Part shown: in pieces, positions 62,227 through 64,000 of the stretch | Numbering within the stretch: position 1 is the first letter of the stretch | How the letters are laid out: each line of letters opens with the position of its first letter | Source of the DNA: Actinomycetota bacterium | GTDB lineage: Bacteria; Actinomycetota; Thermoleophilia; Gaiellales; F1-60-MAGs149 | DNA length: 64,000 nt | Direction of reading: 5' to 3' | Assembly: GCA_009885805.1 (NCBI GenBank) | Contig: VFJZ01000007.1 | Span: 10,059-74,058, forward strand | The notes under the pieces: model-generated | Told to the model about the DNA's origin: nothing | The model's input: only the letters and a program-made list of their open reading frames with translations | Databases searched by the model: none | Program-made: the position numbers and the translations under genes

Positions 62227-64000
62227 ATGGCCCTGAAGATCGTCCGAGCGACCGATGACGACCGGCTCGCCAATCCCCTGCGCCTCTGGTACAGCGGTCG
62301 TCGTGCCGAGGCACTGGCCGTGCTCGCCGCGCCCGACGCCGCCCAGTTCGCCGACGAGGCGCCGAAACTGCTGGCGCTCGCGCTCGCCGACGACCCGTCG
62401 CACGCACCCGCCATCGGCACCGCGCTCGTCGCCTGGGAGGACGAGATCGCCGCCTACCGCGTGCTGAAGGGCCTGATCGAGTCGCTGATCGACGAGATCG
62501 GCCCGCACGGCGTCGCGCGCTGGTCCGCGCGTGGCGTGGCGCTGCTCGCCCTCGTCCGGCCGTGGTTCGAGCGCCATCCGGCCGAGCCGGTGCTCCTGAA
62601 CTACGCCGGTGTTGCCCTGTACGGACTCAACGAGGCCTCGCTCGCGCTGCGCCTGTTCGGCGCCGCCGGCGCGATCGACGCGGCCCTCGAGAACCTCGCC
62701 GGCAACACGGCGGCGGCGAAGGAGCGCGTGCGGCGGCCGATCAAGTTGACGCTCGGCCCGCGCGAGCGGTCGACGCTGACGGCGCTCCGCCCCTTCTTCA
62801 AGGCGCTCCCGGCGCGCGCGGCGGCGGCGCGCGACGAGGTCAGGATCTCGCTCTGCATGATCGTCAAGGACGAGGAGGAGATGCTGCCCGACTGCCTCGC
62901 CTCCTGTGCCGCGGGCGTCGACGAGATGGTCATTGTCGACACCGGCTCGAGCGACCGCACCGTCGAGATCGCGGAGTCGTTCGGGGCGCGCGTGCTCCAC
63001 TTCCCCTGGAACGGCTCGTTCTCGGATGCCCGCAATCACGGGCTCGACGAGGCGACCGGGACGCACATCCTCTGGCTGGACGCCGACGAGCGGCTCGAGG
63101 ACGGCGACGCCGAGGCGCTGCGCGACCTGGCCGCGCAGCCGTATCGCGAGGCGCACTGGCTGGTCGAGACGAATTTCACCGGCCAGGAGGAGGTCGGCAC
63201 GGCCGCGAACCACCTGGCGCTGCGCCTGTGGCGCAGCCGGGCTCCGTTCCGGTTCAGCGGCGCAATTCACGAGCAGATCCGCATCTCGATGCCGATCGAC
63301 CTGCCGGAGCGGTTCGCGATCTCCAGGCTCCGGATCCGGCACTACGGGTATCTGAAGAGCCGCATCGAGGAGCGCGACAAGCACGCCCGCAACCTGGAAC
63401 TGCTCCTGCAGGAGCTGCAGCGGCAGCCGCGGAACGCGTTCACGCACTTCAATCTCGGCACCGAGTACGTGTCGATGGACGACATGCCGAAGGCGCTCGA
63501 GCACCTGTCGCTGTCGTACGAACTGATCCAGGCGGAGCAGGGCTGGCACGAGATCGCCTACACCTCGCTGCTCGCGACGCGCCTGATCGGCGTTCGCCGC
63601 CGCAGCGGCGATGTCGCCGGAGCCGACCTGCTCGCAGAGGAACTGCTCCAGCTCTTCCCGACCTTCACCGACCTCGTCTTCGAGCGCGGACTGGCCGCTC
63701 GCGAGCGCGGCGACAACGACGGCGCCGTGGCCCTGTTCGAGCGTTGCCTGCAGATGGGCGACGCGCCGGCCCGGTTCGCTGGCATGGTCGGCCGCGGCTC
63801 GTTCCTCGCACTGGCGGCCCTGGCGAGTCTCGAACTGGCGCGCGGCGACCAGGCGTCGGCGCTCGGTCGGCTCCAGGAGAGCCTCGACCGGTATCCCGCC
63901 TACCTGCCAGCCGGCCTCGACCTCGCCGATGCGCTGCTCGCCGTACCCGACGCCGATCCCGAGCAGGTGCTCGAACGGCTCGACCGCGGCGGCAACGACA
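62227..64000 (+). CDS. GT2 glycosyltransferase flanked by helical/TPR-like regions (3' end outside the window)
   Basis: Not in the supplied ORF track because it has no stop in the window. My own translation from ATG 62227 stays open to base 64000. ISLCMIVKDEEEMLPDCL ... VIVDTGSSDRT ... WLDADE (GT2), followed by TPR-like helical repeats (AFTHFNLGTEYVSMDDMPKALEHL ...). Confidence 0.75.
   Translation, partial: MALKIVRATDDDRLANPLRLWYSGRRAEALAVLAAPDAAQFADEAPKLLALALADDPSHAPAIGTALVAWEDEIAAYRVLKGLIESLIDEIGPHGVARWSARGVALLALVRPWFERHPAEPVLLNYAGVALYGLNEASLALRLFGAAGAIDAALENLAGNTAAAKERVRRPIKLTLGPRERSTLTALRPFFKALPARAAAARDEVRISLCMIVKDEEEMLPDCLASCAAGVDEMVIVDTGSSDRTVEIAESFGARVLHFPWNGSFSDARNHGLDEATGTHILWLDADERLEDGDAEALRDLAAQPYREAHWLVETNFTGQEEVGTAANHLALRLWRSRAPFRFSGAIHEQIRISMPIDLPERFAISRLRIRHYGYLKSRIEERDKHARNLELLLQELQRQPRNAFTHFNLGTEYVSMDDMPKALEHLSLSYELIQAEQGWHEIAYTSLLATRLIGVRRRSGDVAGADLLAEELLQLFPTFTDLVFERGLAARERGDNDGAVALFERCLQMGDAPARFAGMVGRGSFLALAALASLELARGDQASALGRLQESLDRYPAYLPAGLDLADALLAVPDADPEQVLERLDRGGND

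Overview
This is a 64-kb chromosomal segment from a very GC-rich genome. Third codon positions are almost all G/C, so every frame carries long spurious Arg/Pro/Gly/Ala-rich ORFs. I called genes only where the product shows family motifs, a sensible start context and operon logic. The motility genes are Gram-positive in style (FliW-CsrA, CheC/CheD, FliY, a YvyF-like protein) and sit beside an actinobacterial-type pgsA - FHA - MerR module. My guess is a motile deep-branching actinobacterium (Thermoleophilia/Rubrobacteria-like); this is inference only. The window has four blocks. (1) 1-19.2 kb holds metabolic genes: two GMC oxidoreductases, tRNA-Pro, a DadA-like/M20/BKACE/C45 cluster, a thiolase/aminotransferase/amidase operon, and acyl-CoA dehydrogenase plus an acyl-CoA mutase large subunit. 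(2) 19.3-26.9 kb is a signalling block: two I-site GGDEF cyclases, pgsA, a protein with two RsiG-like motifs, a Zn-ribbon-FHA protein, a MerR regulator, apt and small unknowns. (3) 26.9-41.5 kb holds the late flagellar operon (two rod proteins, a rod-binding protein, flgN-like, flgK, flgL, fliW, csrA, yvyF-like) and the chemotaxis/switch operon (cheW-B-R-A-C-D, mini-ORF, fliM, fliY, cheY). Both are preceded by sigma-28-type promoter matches, and nearly every gene junction overlaps. (4) 42.0-64.0 kb is a tightly coupled glycan-biosynthesis island, probably for flagellin or surface glycosylation, with about ten glycosyltransferase domains. I saw no rRNA, CRISPR, transposase, integrase or phage genes. 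The most interesting items are: a 2-oxoacid-dehydrogenase E1 alpha/beta pair coupled to a chimeric E2 (lipoyl + PSBD-like + PglD/NeuD-type hexapeptide sugar N-acyltransferase) inside the glycan island; a protein with two E-x3-S-x2-R-x3-H-x3-D motifs resembling the c-di-GMP-dependent anti-sigma RsiG; a stand-alone copy of the FliM CheY-P-binding peptide, in frame with fliM but separated by TAG; and a family of inverted-repeat-bounded intergenic elements.
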